NCBI GenBank assembly: GCA_005887995.1
Contig: VBJD01000027.1
Span: 1 to 52,797 of the forward strand
DNA: 52,797 nt
DNA from: Chloroflexota bacterium
Lineage (GTDB): Bacteria; Chloroflexota; Limnocylindria; P2-11E
Direction: 5' to 3'
Below the pieces are notes generated by a model, which had not been told where the DNA came from, searched no databases, and saw only the letters and a list, made by a program, of their open reading frames with translations. Shown here in pieces: positions 27,296 through 39,174 of the stretch (positions within the stretch are counted from its first letter, which is position 1; the number at the start of each line of letters is the position of its first letter). The position numbers and the translations under genes are program-made.

Positions 27296-29667
27296 CGCGG
27301 TCGCAGCACGAGGCGCCCTTCGACCTGGCCGATGCGATCCCGCGCGAGGGCCATCGGCTTGGTCTGCCCGTTCGCCCACAGCTGCATCTGGTCGCCCCAG
27401 TGCCGCGAGAAGGGCTGACCGCTCTGGCCGGTCGGGATGATCGACACCGATGCGTCCACGTCCGCTAGATCAACGATCTGACGCTCCGAAGCGTGACTGC
27501 GCACGCTAAACGGGCGCAAAAGCGAGTACGCGCCGTTGTTCGGCGAGTAGCCGTCACCGGCACGGCGCACCGGGCCGATGGTGAAGATCAGGTCGAGCGG
27601 CTTCGCCGCGGAGAGCGGGTGCTCGAACGCGACTGTGTGGAGATCGCCCCAGCGCCACTTCCCCACGTCGGCGCCAAGCTTCGCGACGAGGTCCTTCCCA
27701 GCCGCATCCAGCGCCGCGCCGGCGATCGCGTCGCGGCCGGTGACCCCGGGATCGCCGAGCTCGACGAACCACTGGCTCGTCGTGGACGCGATGAGCTGAT
27801 AGAGCGCGAACGTCATGCGGCCGTTCGACGCGTAGTCGTCGTAAAGGGCTGGTCCGAGCTTGTCGGCGAACACGAGGCGCGACATCTGGCCGAGCCACGC
27901 CTCGTAGATCGCGGCGCCTGTCGAATCGACGCCCAGCGAGCCGTCCCACTTCTGCACGATGCCCTGCAGCTGTTGACCGAGGGCGGTCGTGGGCCGCGAC
28001 GCGACGATCGCGTCGCGGTACCGCTGCACCGGAAGCGAGGTGTAGTCGTTCTGCAGTCGGCTCATCGCCACGATGTCCGCGCCGCGCGTCTGGTCGAGCA
28101 CCGACCGCAGATACGCGTAGCGGAATCCGGGATCCCATTCGCCCATGTATCCGGCGTCCGTCGCCGACTTCACCGGACGGTTGTTCGCGCTGAGGATCAC
28201 GCCGTCGGTCGGATCGAGCACGAACGGATTCGCGTCCGCGGGGAGAAGGCCACGCCACTCATTCGCGCCGGTCCAACCGGCGAGCGGCATGCGACCGTCG
28301 CCGGGGCGATCCGGCAGTCGGCCGACGAGCAGGTAGCCGACATGCCCCGCCGTGTCCGCGTAGCACGCTGAGAGTGTGGCTCCGCTGAAATCGGCCGCGG
28401 CTCTGCGGAACTCCTCGAAGCTGCGCGCGCGGTTCATCCCGAGCACCGCGTCGAGGGTCTTCGTCGCATCGAGCGCGGTCCAGCGCAGCGCGAACTGCGC
28501 CTTCTGACCCTGCAGGACCGGCGTAAGGATCGGGCCGTGCCGCGTGATCGTGACGTCGAGCAGGAACGGCTCGGCCTTGCCTTTGATCTTGATCGTCTCG
28601 CGCACGAACGTCGCCGGCTCGAAGCGACCCTGGAATTCGAAGCGCCGCAGATCGGTCGGATCCTGGTGCTCGACGAAGAGATCCTCGGTGTCCGCCAACG
28701 CGTACGTGAAGCTCCAGGCGATGTGGTCGTTGTGACCGATGACGACACCGGGGACACCGGGGATCGAGAAGCCGATGAGCGAGAGGTCCGCTGCGCTAAG
28801 ACCGATCTCGTACCAGATCGACGGATTGCGCACCGGCAGGTGTGGATCGCCCGCGAGGAGGGGCTTGGCGCTCGTCGTCTTCGCGCCCGCGAGCGCCCAG
28901 CAGTTCGAGCCCAGGCCGTCGCCGGCACCGGCGAGCACGGAGCGCAGCGAGGCAAGCCCCGGCACGCTGCTCGGGCTCACATCCGCTGCCACCTCGTCCC
29001 AGGCCGCACGGTCGTACGCGACGCTCACTCCCGGGTCGGGCATGAGCGTGGGAAGCGCGTCGAGCCCCAGGTGCTCGGCGATGCCCGCCCGCAGCAGCTC
29101 CTGCGGGTAGTTGCCCGCTGCGTCGTAGAGCTGGAGCTTCGACAGTGCGACGGTGTCGAGCGGGGTCCACGGCTCGGGCTTGTATCCGAGGACGAGGAAT
29201 TCGACCGGCAGGCTCTCGCCGTGCTGCTCGAGGAACTTGTTGACGCCATCGGCGTAGGCCTCGATGAGCGCACGCGTCTCGCCCGTCATGACCGTGAGGT
29301 CGAGCGCGGCCGCACGTGCGAGCCCGATGGTGCGTAGGAGCTTGTCCGATTCGAGTCCCGGATCACCGAGCACCTCGGCCAGACGTCCGGTGGCGGCGCG
29401 CCGGTAGATGTCCATCTGCCAGAGGCGGTCCTGCGCCGTGACGTAGCCCTGAAGGAAGGCGAGGTCGTGCATGTCGTTCGCGAAGATGTGCGGCACTCCG
29501 AACCCATCGCGAAGCACCTCGGCACGCTCGTGCAGTCCGAGCAAACGCTCATCGCCATCGACCGTCGGCAGCGGTCGTAGGAACGCGAGGCCGAACGTCG
29601 TGAGGACCGTGCCGACGACGAGGAGCAGGATCGCGCCCCCGACGATGAGTCGGCGGTGCCGCCTCAC
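27292..29667 (-). CDS. Penicillin acylase family Ntn-hydrolase (peptidase S45), membrane-anchored
   Basis: RDGFGVPHI, QGYVTAQDRLWQMD, processing site GSNCW, LLAGDPHL, SANN, GQSG.PFSRHWGDQ. Confidence 0.93.
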   Translation of the reverse strand: MRRHRRLIVGGAILLLVVGTVLTTFGLAFLRPLPTVDGDERLLGLHERAEVLRDGFGVPHIFANDMHDLAFLQGYVTAQDRLWQMDIYRRAATGRLAEVLGDPGLESDKLLRTIGLARAAALDLTVMTGETRALIEAYADGVNKFLEQHGESLPVEFLVLGYKPEPWTPLDTVALSKLQLYDAAGNYPQELLRAGIAEHLGLDALPTLMPDPGVSVAYDRAAWDEVAADVSPSSVPGLASLRSVLAGAGDGLGSNCWALAGAKTTSAKPLLAGDPHLPVRNPSIWYEIGLSAADLSLIGFSIPGVPGVVIGHNDHIAWSFTYALADTEDLFVEHQDPTDLRRFEFQGRFEPATFVRETIKIKGKAEPFLLDVTITRHGPILTPVLQGQKAQFALRWTALDATKTLDAVLGMNRARSFEEFRRAAADFSGATLSACYADTAGHVGYLLVGRLPDRPGDGRMPLAGWTGANEWRGLLPADANPFVLDPTDGVILSANNRPVKSATDAGYMGEWDPGFRYAYLRSVLDQTRGADIVAMSRLQNDYTSLPVQRYRDAIVASRPTTALGQQLQGIVQKWDGSLGVDSTGAAIYEAWLGQMSRLVFADKLGPALYDDYASNGRMTFALYQLIASTTSQWFVELGDPGVTGRDAIAGAALDAAGKDLVAKLGADVGKWRWGDLHTVAFEHPLSAAKPLDLIFTIGPVRRAGDGYSPNNGAYSLLRPFSVRSHASERQIVDLADVDASVSIIPTGQSGQPFSRHWGDQMQLWANGQTKPMALARDRIGQVEGRLVLRPR

Positions 29668-29668
29668 G

Positions 29669-30166
29669 TCAGTCGACCTCGCTGAGCACGACGAGCAGGG
29701 CGCCGCCCTCGACCTTCGTGCCCGCGCGCGCCGCGAGCTTCGTCACGCGCGCACGCGCCGGCGCTCGGATCTCGTTCTCCATCTTCATCGCCTCGAGCGT
29801 CACGATGGGTGCGTCGCGATCGACGACGTCCCCTTCGCGCACGTGCACCGCGCGGAGCAGGCCGGGCATCGGCGCGCGCAGCTCGCGGCGCCCGCTCGCC
29901 TGCGCACGGGCATTCGGCGACATCGCGAGCGCGCGCTCGTCGATCGCGGATGCCGCGGTCTCTGTGCCGTCGACGAGCAGTCGCATCGGATCCCATGTGA
30001 GGACGGTCACCTCGTGAGTGCGGCCGTCGATGGCGATCCGCCACTGACGTCCGCGCACCACCTCGTCGGCCGTCGCGGCCACCGCTTCGCCGCCGATGAG
30101 GAAGCGGCCCGACGCGTCGACGTCGACGATGAAGTCGCGGTCCGCGACAGCCACCTCGTACCTCAT
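29669..30166 (-). CDS. Biotin carboxyl carrier protein
   Basis: APMPG, EAMKMENE. ATG 30166 overlaps the biotin carboxylase stop. Confidence 0.92.
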   Translation of the reverse strand: MRYEVAVADRDFIVDVDASGRFLIGGEAVAATADEVVRGRQWRIAIDGRTHEVTVLTWDPMRLLVDGTETAASAIDERALAMSPNARAQASGRRELRAPMPGLLRAVHVREGDVVDRDAPIVTLEAMKMENEIRAPARARVTKLAARAGTKVEGGALLVVLSEVD

Positions 30167-31656
30167 CGCAGCGCATCCTCTCGCGCGGCAAGCTGCCACG
30201 CGGTCGCGACGCCGTTGCCGTGCGCGACCTGTGGGCGCCGGCGGGCGAGCACAGCGGCGATCGCCGCCGCGGTCGCGGCGCTCGGCTCGAGCTCAGGCGA
30301 TGCGCGCCCGTCCCAGTGCGAGGCGACGTAGCCCGTGTCGTAGCGCCCCGCGAGGAAATCCGGATCGCGCAGGACGTGCGCGTGGAACGAGAGGCTTGTC
30401 AGCAGCCCGGCCACGATCGTCTCGTTCACTGCCCGGCGCGCGCGCGCGATCGCCTCCGCGCGGTCCCGCCCGGAGACGATGATCTTTGCGAGCAGCGGGT
30501 CGTACTCCGTCGGGATGCGCGCGCCTTCGAAGAGCGCGTGATCGACGCGCACGCCGGGTCCCGACGGCAATCGCAGGAGCTCGATCACGCCGCTGGACGG
30601 CACGAAGCCAGCGCGCGCATCTTCCGCGGTGACGCGTAGCTCGACGGCCGCGCCCCTCCGCGTGACGTCGCCCTGCGCGAACGGAACGCGCTCACCCGCG
30701 GCGACCTGGAACTGCAGCGCGACGAGATCGAGTCCGGTCACGGCTTCAGTCACCGGGTGTTCGACCTGAAGGCGCGTGTTCACCTCGAGGAAGTGGAAGG
30801 CACCCGTGCGATCGACGAGGAACTCCACGGTGCCGGCGTTGCGATACTGCGCCGCGCGGGCGATGCGCACCGCCGCGTCGCCGAGACGCGCGCGCAGCGC
30901 ATCGTCGACCGCCGGGCCCGGCGACTCCTCGATCATCTTCTGATGACGCCGCTGCACGGAGCAGTCGCGTTCGCCGAGCCAGACGACTGCCCCGTGCGCG
31001 TCGGCGAGGATCTGCATCTCGACGTGACGCGCGTTCTCGACGAGCCGCTCGACGAAGAGCGACGCGTCGCCGAACGCACCTGCCGCCTCGCCCGACGCGA
31101 GCCGCCACGCCGCATCGAGCTCCGCCTCATCGCGCACGACGCGCATACCCTTGCCACCGCCGCCACCCGCGGCCTTGAGCATCAGCGGGAAACCGATGCG
31201 GCGCGTGGCCTCGCGGGCGCCACTCAGATCGCGGAGCGGTTCGTTCGTGCCCTCGGCGATCGGGACGCCAGCCTCGGCGGCGAGTCGCCGCGCGCGGATC
31301 TTGTCGCCGAGCAGCCGCTGCACGTCGGCTGGCGGCCCCACGAAGGCCATTCCCGCCTCGGCGACCGCCTTCGCGAAGTTCGCGTTCTCTGAGAGAAATC
31401 CGTAGCCGGGATGCACCGCGTCGCAGGATGAGCGGCGCGCGACCTCGATGAGCTTGTCGATCGCAAGGTAGCTCTCGCGCGGCGCGGCGGGCCCGATGGG
31501 GTACGCCTCGTCGGCGAGACGTACGTGGAGCGCATCGCGGTCCGCATCGCTGTACACCGCCACGGCGGACATCCCGAGATCGCGGCAGGCACGGATGACG
31601 CGGACCGCGATCTCGCCGCGGTTCGCGACGAGGATCTTGCGGAAGGGGGCCGTCAG
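30163..31656 (-). CDS. Acyl-CoA carboxylase biotin carboxylase subunit (probable CTG start)
   Basis: FRKILVANRGEIA, HPGYGFLSEN, GGGGKGMR, RDCSVQRRHQK, EVNTRLQVEHPVTE. Confidence 0.92.
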   Translation of the reverse strand: MTAPFRKILVANRGEIAVRVIRACRDLGMSAVAVYSDADRDALHVRLADEAYPIGPAAPRESYLAIDKLIEVARRSSCDAVHPGYGFLSENANFAKAVAEAGMAFVGPPADVQRLLGDKIRARRLAAEAGVPIAEGTNEPLRDLSGAREATRRIGFPLMLKAAGGGGGKGMRVVRDEAELDAAWRLASGEAAGAFGDASLFVERLVENARHVEMQILADAHGAVVWLGERDCSVQRRHQKMIEESPGPAVDDALRARLGDAAVRIARAAQYRNAGTVEFLVDRTGAFHFLEVNTRLQVEHPVTEAVTGLDLVALQFQVAAGERVPFAQGDVTRRGAAVELRVTAEDARAGFVPSSGVIELLRLPSGPGVRVDHALFEGARIPTEYDPLLAKIIVSGRDRAEAIARARRAVNETIVAGLLTSLSFHAHVLRDPDFLAGRYDTGYVASHWDGRASPELEPSAATAAAIAAVLARRRPQVAHGNGVATAWQLAAREDALR

Positions 31657-31657
31657 C

Positions 31658-31999
31658 TCAGGACCGCTCGCCTGCGGCCCATCGCGGTGGCCGCGCGTAG
31701 GCGTCGTCCCAGCGGCCGTACTCGCCGTCGATCCATTCGGGGTCGGCGTCGAGGCACGCGCGCATTCGTTGGTAGAAGGCGTCCTGCTCCGGCGAGTTCG
31801 CGTTCTGCATGTACGTCTCGCGGCTCGTGAATCGCACGACAAGGCAGGCACATCCCTCTTCCCTGTCCTCCCACAGGATCTCGGAGCCGAGGTAGCCGAT
31901 CGCGCGCTTGCGATCGCGATCGTCCCACTCCTTGCCGAGCGCGAAGAAGTCGCGCAGCTTGTCCTTCCGGACCTTGAATCGCGCGATCGTCCCGTACAT
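31658..31999 (-). CDS. ABM-like dimeric alpha/beta-barrel protein
   Basis: MYGTIARFKV..., FTSRETYMQNANSPEQDAFY. RBS GGGAGGG. Confidence 0.7.
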   Translation of the reverse strand: MYGTIARFKVRKDKLRDFFALGKEWDDRDRKRAIGYLGSEILWEDREEGCACLVVRFTSRETYMQNANSPEQDAFYQRMRACLDADPEWIDGEYGRWDDAYARPPRWAAGERS

Positions 32000-32012
32000 C
32001 GCTGCCCTCCCT

Positions 32013-33554
<1,542 letters not shown>

Positions 33555-33602
33555 ATGCGCGTCGAGGATAGGCGCGGCGCGGCAGATGCATGCTTCCCCT
33601 CC

Positions 33603-36092
33603 GTGCGGCTTGCCGCCGATGCCGGCGTTCCCTCACTCGTGCGCGGACTCGAGCGCGTCTGGGAGAGCGCGCACGACGAGGCCGGCTGGGTCACGACCAC
33701 CGACCACAAGAAGATCGGCGCGCGCTACATCGCGACGGCGTTCGTGTTCTTCATCCTCGGTGGGATCGAGGCACTGGTGATGCGAGCGCAGCTCGCGCTG
33801 CCCGGGCAGGCGCTCGTCGACCCAGCGACCTACGACGGCCTCTTCACGATGCACGGGACGACGATGATCTTCCTCTTCGCGACGCCCATGCTCTCCGGGT
33901 TCGGCAACTACCTCGTCCCGCTCATGATCGGCGCGCGCGACATGGCGTTCCCACGTCTCAACGCCTTCGGTTACTGGGTCTTCGTGCTCGCCGGTCTACT
34001 CATGTACCTGAGCTTCCCGGCCTCATCGCTACCGCAGAACGGCTGGTTCGCGTACACGCCGCTCAGCGGTCCGGCCTACTCGCCTGAGAGCGGCATCGAC
34101 TTCTGGTCGCTCGGGCTGATCTTCCTGGGCATCGCGACGACGGTGGGCGGGATCAATTTCATCGTCACGATCGCGAAGCTGCGCGCCCCGGGCATGTCCG
34201 TGGATCGCATGCCGCTCTTCGTGTGGAACATCCTCGTCACCGCGATCGCGATGGTCTTCGCGATCCCCTCGCTCACCGTTGCCGCGGCCCTTCTCGAGCT
34301 CGATCGCTACATCGGCACGCACTTCTACGATCCCGCCGGCGGTGGCAATCCGCTGCTCTGGCAGCACCTCTTCTGGATCTTCGGCCATCCCGACGTCTAC
34401 ATCATCTTCATGCCCGCGGCGGGGATGGTGTCGTCGATCCTGCCGGTCTTCGTGCGGCGCCCGATCGTGGGCTATCCGGCGCTCGTGCTCGCGAGCGTCC
34501 TGACGATCGCGATCGGGTTCGGCGTGTGGGCGCATCACATGTTCGCGGTCGGTCTTCCCGTGCAGGCACTCGGGTTCTTCAGCGCGGCGAGCATGCTCAT
34601 CGCGATCCCGGCCGGGCTTCAGATGGCCGCGTGGATCGCGACGATCTGGGCCGGCCGGGCGCTGTGGTCCACCGCGTTCCTCTTCGCCGTGGGCTTCATC
34701 GTCCTCTTCCTCCTTGGCGGGCTCACCGGCGTGATGCTCGGTGCGCTGCCATTCGACTGGCAGGTGACGGACTCGTACTTTGTCGTGGCGCACTTCCATT
34801 ACGTGCTCTTTGGCGGGATGGTGTTCCCGCTCTTCGGCGCCTTCTACTACTGGTTCCCGAAGATGAGCGGACGGCTCCTCGACGAGCGCCTCGGCGTCGC
34901 CAACTTCGTGACGATGTTCGTCGGCTTCAACCTCGCGTTCTTCCCGATGCACATTGCCGGGATGCTCGGCATGCCGCGACGCGTGTACACGTACCCGGGC
35001 GGGAGCGCGCTCGACGCGCTGAATCTCCTCTCGACCGCGGGGTCGTTCCTCATCGCGGTGTCCGTGGTCATCTTCATCGCGAACTGGGCGTGGGCGAGCC
35101 GGCGCGGCCATGTCGCGGGCGCCGACCCGTGGGCGTCCAACACGCTCGAGTGGGCGACCGCGTCGCCGCCTCCCGTCTACAACTTCGATCGCATCCCGAT
35201 GGTCCGCTCGCGCGACCCCTTGTGGGACAAGCGGACGCCGCGGACAGCGAGCGAGCCGGCCGACCTCGCGACGTCGCGGCGCCAGACGTTCGGGACGTCT
35301 CCCATCGAAGCGCGCGCCGAGACCTATCTGCGCATGCCGATGGACTCGCTCGCGCCGGCGCTGGCCGCGGCGGCGCTCTTCGTGCTGTTCGCCGGTCTGC
35401 TCCTCAAGTTCCTCGTCGTCGTCGCGCTGGGTGCCGTGCTCGTCATCGCGGCGGTCGTCCTGTGGCTGTGGCCCACGCGCGAGGTCAGGGGCGCGCACCT
35501 GCCGATCGATGACGCGCCACGCGCGATCGAGCCCGGTCGCGCGCCAGGCTGGTGGGGAGTCGCTCTTCTCGTCGGCACCGACGCGACGATGTTCGTCGCG
35601 CTGCTTGCGAGCTACTTCTACCTCGGCTTCGCCGCGAATGCGTCTTGGCCCCCACCCGAGATCGAGCGCCCAAAGCTCCTGATGCCGCTCATCGGATCAG
35701 CGCTCCTGCTCGGGAGCAGCGCGCCGATCGCCTGGGCCGAACGGGCCATCGCGCGTGGCGACCGCACGCGTCTGCTCATCGGCCTCGTGGTGGGTTGGCT
35801 GATGAGCGCGGCCTTCCTCACCGTGCAGGGCTTCGAATACCTCCAGAAGACCTTCGCGCCACAGACGAACGCATATGGGTCGCTCTTCTTCACGATCACC
35901 TCGTTCCACGGGCTGCACGTCGTCTCCGCGCTCGTGCTCGTCGCCGTGCTCGTCGCACGCGGACTGCGGGGTCAGTTCAGCAGAGACCGGCACCTCGCTG
36001 TCCAGAACGTCGCTCTCTGGTGGCACTTCGTCGGCGGCGCATGGGTCGCGATCTTCGCGGCGCTGTACCTCTCCGCGCAGGTGCTGCGGTGA
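33603..36092 (+). CDS. ctaD: Heme-copper oxidase subunit I fused to subunit III (start approximate)
   Basis: TDHKKIG, TMHGTTM, GHPDVY, WAHHMF, AHFHYV, MPRR. C-terminal CoxIII part ([21 protein letters not shown]). Confidence 0.92.
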   Translation: MRLAADAGVPSLVRGLERVWESAHDEAGWVTTTDHKKIGARYIATAFVFFILGGIEALVMRAQLALPGQALVDPATYDGLFTMHGTTMIFLFATPMLSGFGNYLVPLMIGARDMAFPRLNAFGYWVFVLAGLLMYLSFPASSLPQNGWFAYTPLSGPAYSPESGIDFWSLGLIFLGIATTVGGINFIVTIAKLRAPGMSVDRMPLFVWNILVTAIAMVFAIPSLTVAAALLELDRYIGTHFYDPAGGGNPLLWQHLFWIFGHPDVYIIFMPAAGMVSSILPVFVRRPIVGYPALVLASVLTIAIGFGVWAHHMFAVGLPVQALGFFSAASMLIAIPAGLQMAAWIATIWAGRALWSTAFLFAVGFIVLFLLGGLTGVMLGALPFDWQVTDSYFVVAHFHYVLFGGMVFPLFGAFYYWFPKMSGRLLDERLGVANFVTMFVGFNLAFFPMHIAGMLGMPRRVYTYPGGSALDALNLLSTAGSFLIAVSVVIFIANWAWASRRGHVAGADPWASNTLEWATASPPPVYNFDRIPMVRSRDPLWDKRTPRTASEPADLATSRRQTFGTSPIEARAETYLRMPMDSLAPALAAAALFVLFAGLLLKFLVVVALGAVLVIAAVVLWLWPTREVRGAHLPIDDAPRAIEPGRAPGWWGVALLVGTDATMFVALLASYFYLGFAANASWPPPEIERPKLLMPLIGSALLLGSSAPIAWAERAIARGDRTRLLIGLVVGWLMSAAFLTVQGFEYLQKTFAPQTNAYGSLFFTITSFHGLHVVSALVLVAVLVARGLRGQFSRDRHLAVQNVALWWHFVGGAWVAIFAALYLSAQVLR

Positions 36093-36403
36093 ACCGCGAT
36101 CGCCTCCTCTGGCTCTGCGTCGCCACGCCGATCACCGCGTGGGCCGCGCAGCTGCTCCTCGCGTACTTCCTCGCGTCGCTCGCGTGTTTCAAAGGCATCG
36201 CATTGCCGGTGGCATCGCATCTGGTGACCGTCGCTGCCTTGATCGCGACGGTCGGCGCACTGCTCGTCACGCGGCGCATCCGCAGCGATCTGGGGGCCGG
36301 CGGTGCGTTCCTCGCCTCAGTAAGCGCATTGGGCGCGGCCGTTCTCCTTGTTGGCATCGCGCTCGGCGAGCTCGCACTGCTGTTCGTTCGAGGCTGCGCG
36401 TGA
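36089..36403 (+). CDS. Small 3-TM membrane protein in the oxidase operon
   Basis: GTGA-coupled at both ends; hydrophobic. Confidence 0.7.
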   Translation: MNRDRLLWLCVATPITAWAAQLLLAYFLASLACFKGIALPVASHLVTVAALIATVGALLVTRRIRSDLGAGGAFLASVSALGAAVLLVGIALGELALLFVRGCA

Positions 36404-37290
36404 GCGGACTGGGCGGGGCGTCCTCGGTGGTCACGCCGTTCCTGGTGCTCACGTTCGCCCTCGCGGCGAGCGTCTGCGTCGTCGTCCTCGTCGCGCTCGC
36501 GCTCGCGCTTTCGCGCACGCCGACGATCGACCTCGCGAGCGATCTCGGGCTGCGACTGGTTCTCGTCGTCGGTGGCGCGGTCCCTGCGGCGATCGTCGCC
36601 CTGTATCTCGTCGCGTCGCTGCTCGCCGCGTCCGCGCTCGCCGCGCCGGCGGCCGCATCCGTGAGCGTCGACGTCATCGGCCATCAGTGGTGGTGGGAAT
36701 TCCGCTACGGCGACGTCGCGACCGCGAACGAACTGCACATCCCGGTCGGCGAGCGGATCGAGCTGCGCCTCATCTCCGCCGATGTCATCCACAGCTTCTG
36801 GGTCCCGGATCTCCAGGGGAAGACCGACGCACTTCCGAGTCAGACGAACCGTATGTGGCTCCTCGCGGAGAAGGCCGGCCGGTACGACGGCGTGTGCGCT
36901 GAGTTCTGCGGTGTGCAGCACGCGTGGATGCGCCTGGTGGTCGTCGCCGAGCCGCGCTCCGATTTCGACCGATGGCTGGCGCGCCAGGGCGAGCCGCGTC
37001 GTACGGGAAGCGGCGTGGCCGCGGAGGGAGAGCGAATCTTCGACATGCACGTGTGCGCGAGCTGCCACACGATCCGAGGCTCGGCGGCGAACGGGAAGGT
37101 CGGTCCGGATCTGACACATCTGGCATCGCGCTCGCTGCTCGGCGCAGGTGTGCTCCCGAACAACACCGGCACGCTCCGCGCGTGGCTCGCCGATCCCGCG
37201 CACTTCAAACCGGGCGTGTTGATGCCGAACGTATCGCTCAGCGACACCGAGCTCGACGCGCTCGTCGCGTACCTCGGATCGCTGGACTGA
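36400..37290 (+). CDS. ctaC: Cytochrome c oxidase subunit II with fused cytochrome c
   Basis: GHQWWWEF, DVIHSFW, CuA motif CAEFCGVQHAWM, heme c CASCH. Confidence 0.92.
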   Translation: MSGLGGASSVVTPFLVLTFALAASVCVVVLVALALALSRTPTIDLASDLGLRLVLVVGGAVPAAIVALYLVASLLAASALAAPAAASVSVDVIGHQWWWEFRYGDVATANELHIPVGERIELRLISADVIHSFWVPDLQGKTDALPSQTNRMWLLAEKAGRYDGVCAEFCGVQHAWMRLVVVAEPRSDFDRWLARQGEPRRTGSGVAAEGERIFDMHVCASCHTIRGSAANGKVGPDLTHLASRSLLGAGVLPNNTGTLRAWLADPAHFKPGVLMPNVSLSDTELDALVAYLGSLD

Positions 37291-37291
37291 C

Positions 37292-37786
37292 GTGGAGCGG
37301 CGCCGCTTCCTGTCCTATCTCACCGTCGGGCTCGCCGGCGTCGTGTCGAGCGTCCTCGCCCTCCCCGCGCTCGGTTATCTCATCGCGCCGCTCTTCGCGC
37401 GCGCGTCAGAGGAGTTCGTCGACGTGGGCGGCGTGTCCGACTTCCCGCGCGGGAGCGTGAAGGCGGTCAAGTTCAAGGATCCGCAGCCGCTGCCCTGGTC
37501 CGGACGCGCCGCGGATACCGCGATCTGGGTGCGCCGCGCACCGGCCGGAGGCGCGCCAGAGTTCCAGGTGTTCGCGGAGAACTGCACGCATCTCGGCTGT
37601 CCCGTCGACTGGCGCGCCGACTCGCGCCTGTTCATGTGCCCGTGCCACGGCGGCGTCTTTCACGAGGACGGCCGCGTCGCGTCTGGACCGCCGACGCAGC
37701 CGCTCTTCGAGAAGCAGTGGCGCGTCGAGGGCGAGCGTCTCCTCGTCCGCGGGCCGCTGCTCCCGACTCCGCGACTGCGGCAATGA
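37292..37786 (+). CDS. Rieske Fe-S subunit of a cytochrome bc complex
   Basis: Tat-like ERRRFL plus TM helix, CTHLGC, CPCHGGVF. Confidence 0.92.
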   Translation: MERRRFLSYLTVGLAGVVSSVLALPALGYLIAPLFARASEEFVDVGGVSDFPRGSVKAVKFKDPQPLPWSGRAADTAIWVRRAPAGGAPEFQVFAENCTHLGCPVDWRADSRLFMCPCHGGVFHEDGRVASGPPTQPLFEKQWRVEGERLLVRGPLLPTPRLRQ

Positions 37787-39174
37787 GGACGGTGTGGCGG
37801 TGGCTCGAGCTCCGGCTCGAGCTAAAAGACACGCTTCGGCCGCTGCTCGCGCATCCGATCCCGCGCGCGCTCGACGGCCGCGTCGGATGGTTCTACGTCC
37901 TCGGGATCTCCGTCCTCACGGCATTCGTGATCCAGGTGGTGAGCGGCGTCGCGCTCGCGATCACGTACGTCCCGTCGAGCGAGAGCGCCTACGACTCATT
38001 GAAATTCATCACCGACAGTGCGGCACTCGGCCGCTTCATCCGCGGCGTGCACTGGTTCGGCGCGTGCGCGATGGTGCTGCTCATCGTCGCGCACGTCACG
38101 CGCGTCTTTCTCATGGGCGCGTACAAGTTCCCGCGCGAGATCAACTGGCTCTCGGGCTCGTTGCTGTTCCTGGCGACGCTGCTCATGGCCTTCACGGGAC
38201 AGACACTGCGCTGGGATCAGGACGCGTTCTGGTCACTCGTGGTCGGCGCCGAGCAGGCGGCGCGGACGCCGCTCATCGGCGACCCGCTCACGCGGCTCAT
38301 CGTGGGCGGCTACGCGGTCAGCGGCGCGACGGTGAGTCGCGTGTTCGCGACGCATGTCTTCGTCGTCCCCGGCGCGATCGCACTGCTCGTCCTCCTCCAC
38401 GTGTACCTCGTCGTGAAGCGCGGCGTCTCCGAGCCGCCGCGCGCCGATGAGCCGGTCGACCGTGCGTACATGGAGCGCTACGAGGCGCTCGTCAAACGCG
38501 GACTGCCCTACTTCCCGTACGCGGCATGGCGCGACGCCGCCGCGGCGGCGATCGTCCTCGGCGTCGTCACCGTGCTGGCGCTCGTCGTCGGGCCACCGCA
38601 GCTCGGCGCGCCGCCGGACCCTTCGATCGTCGTCGCCGATCCTCGTCCGGACTGGTTCTTCATCGGCTACTTCACGATCCTCGCGCTCATGCCCAAGGGC
38701 GCCGAGGCGGTGCTCATCATCGGGATCCCCGCGATCATCATGGCCTTCCTCTTCCTGTTGCCGTTCGCCCGTCCATTCGGCCAGCGCCATCCGCTGCGGC
38801 GACCGCTCGCGCTCACGGCCGCCGTCGTGTTCATCGGCGGCTACACCGCGCTCACGTTCGCCGGCTATCAGGCGTACTGGGTGCCGCTCCGGCTCGAGGG
38901 CGCGTTGCTGCCCGCGTCGGTCACGGGTGGCCTCAGCGGAGCGCCTGCCGTGGGCGCGCGACTCTTCATCGATCGCAGCTGCTGGTCATGTCACATGATC
39001 GACGGCAGTGGTGGCCGCCGCGGTCCTGACCTCACGCACGTCGCGGCGCGGCTGAGTGAGGATCGGCTCATCACGCGCATCGCGAGCGGCGGCCCCGGGA
39101 TGCCCGACTACGCGGCGATCCTGAGCAAGGACGAACTCGCGAATTTGGTGGCGTTCCTAGAAACGCGGCGCTAG
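37783..39174 (+). CDS. Cytochrome b (with subunit IV region) fused to C-terminal cytochrome c
   Basis: IRGVHWFGA..AHVTRVF, YKFPREINW, FATHV..LLHV, Qo motif PDWF, CWSCH. ATG 37783 overlaps the Rieske stop. Confidence 0.92.
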   Translation: MRTVWRWLELRLELKDTLRPLLAHPIPRALDGRVGWFYVLGISVLTAFVIQVVSGVALAITYVPSSESAYDSLKFITDSAALGRFIRGVHWFGACAMVLLIVAHVTRVFLMGAYKFPREINWLSGSLLFLATLLMAFTGQTLRWDQDAFWSLVVGAEQAARTPLIGDPLTRLIVGGYAVSGATVSRVFATHVFVVPGAIALLVLLHVYLVVKRGVSEPPRADEPVDRAYMERYEALVKRGLPYFPYAAWRDAAAAAIVLGVVTVLALVVGPPQLGAPPDPSIVVADPRPDWFFIGYFTILALMPKGAEAVLIIGIPAIIMAFLFLLPFARPFGQRHPLRRPLALTAAVVFIGGYTALTFAGYQAYWVPLRLEGALLPASVTGGLSGAPAVGARLFIDRSCWSCHMIDGSGGRRGPDLTHVAARLSEDRLITRIASGGPGMPDYAAILSKDELANLVAFLETRR

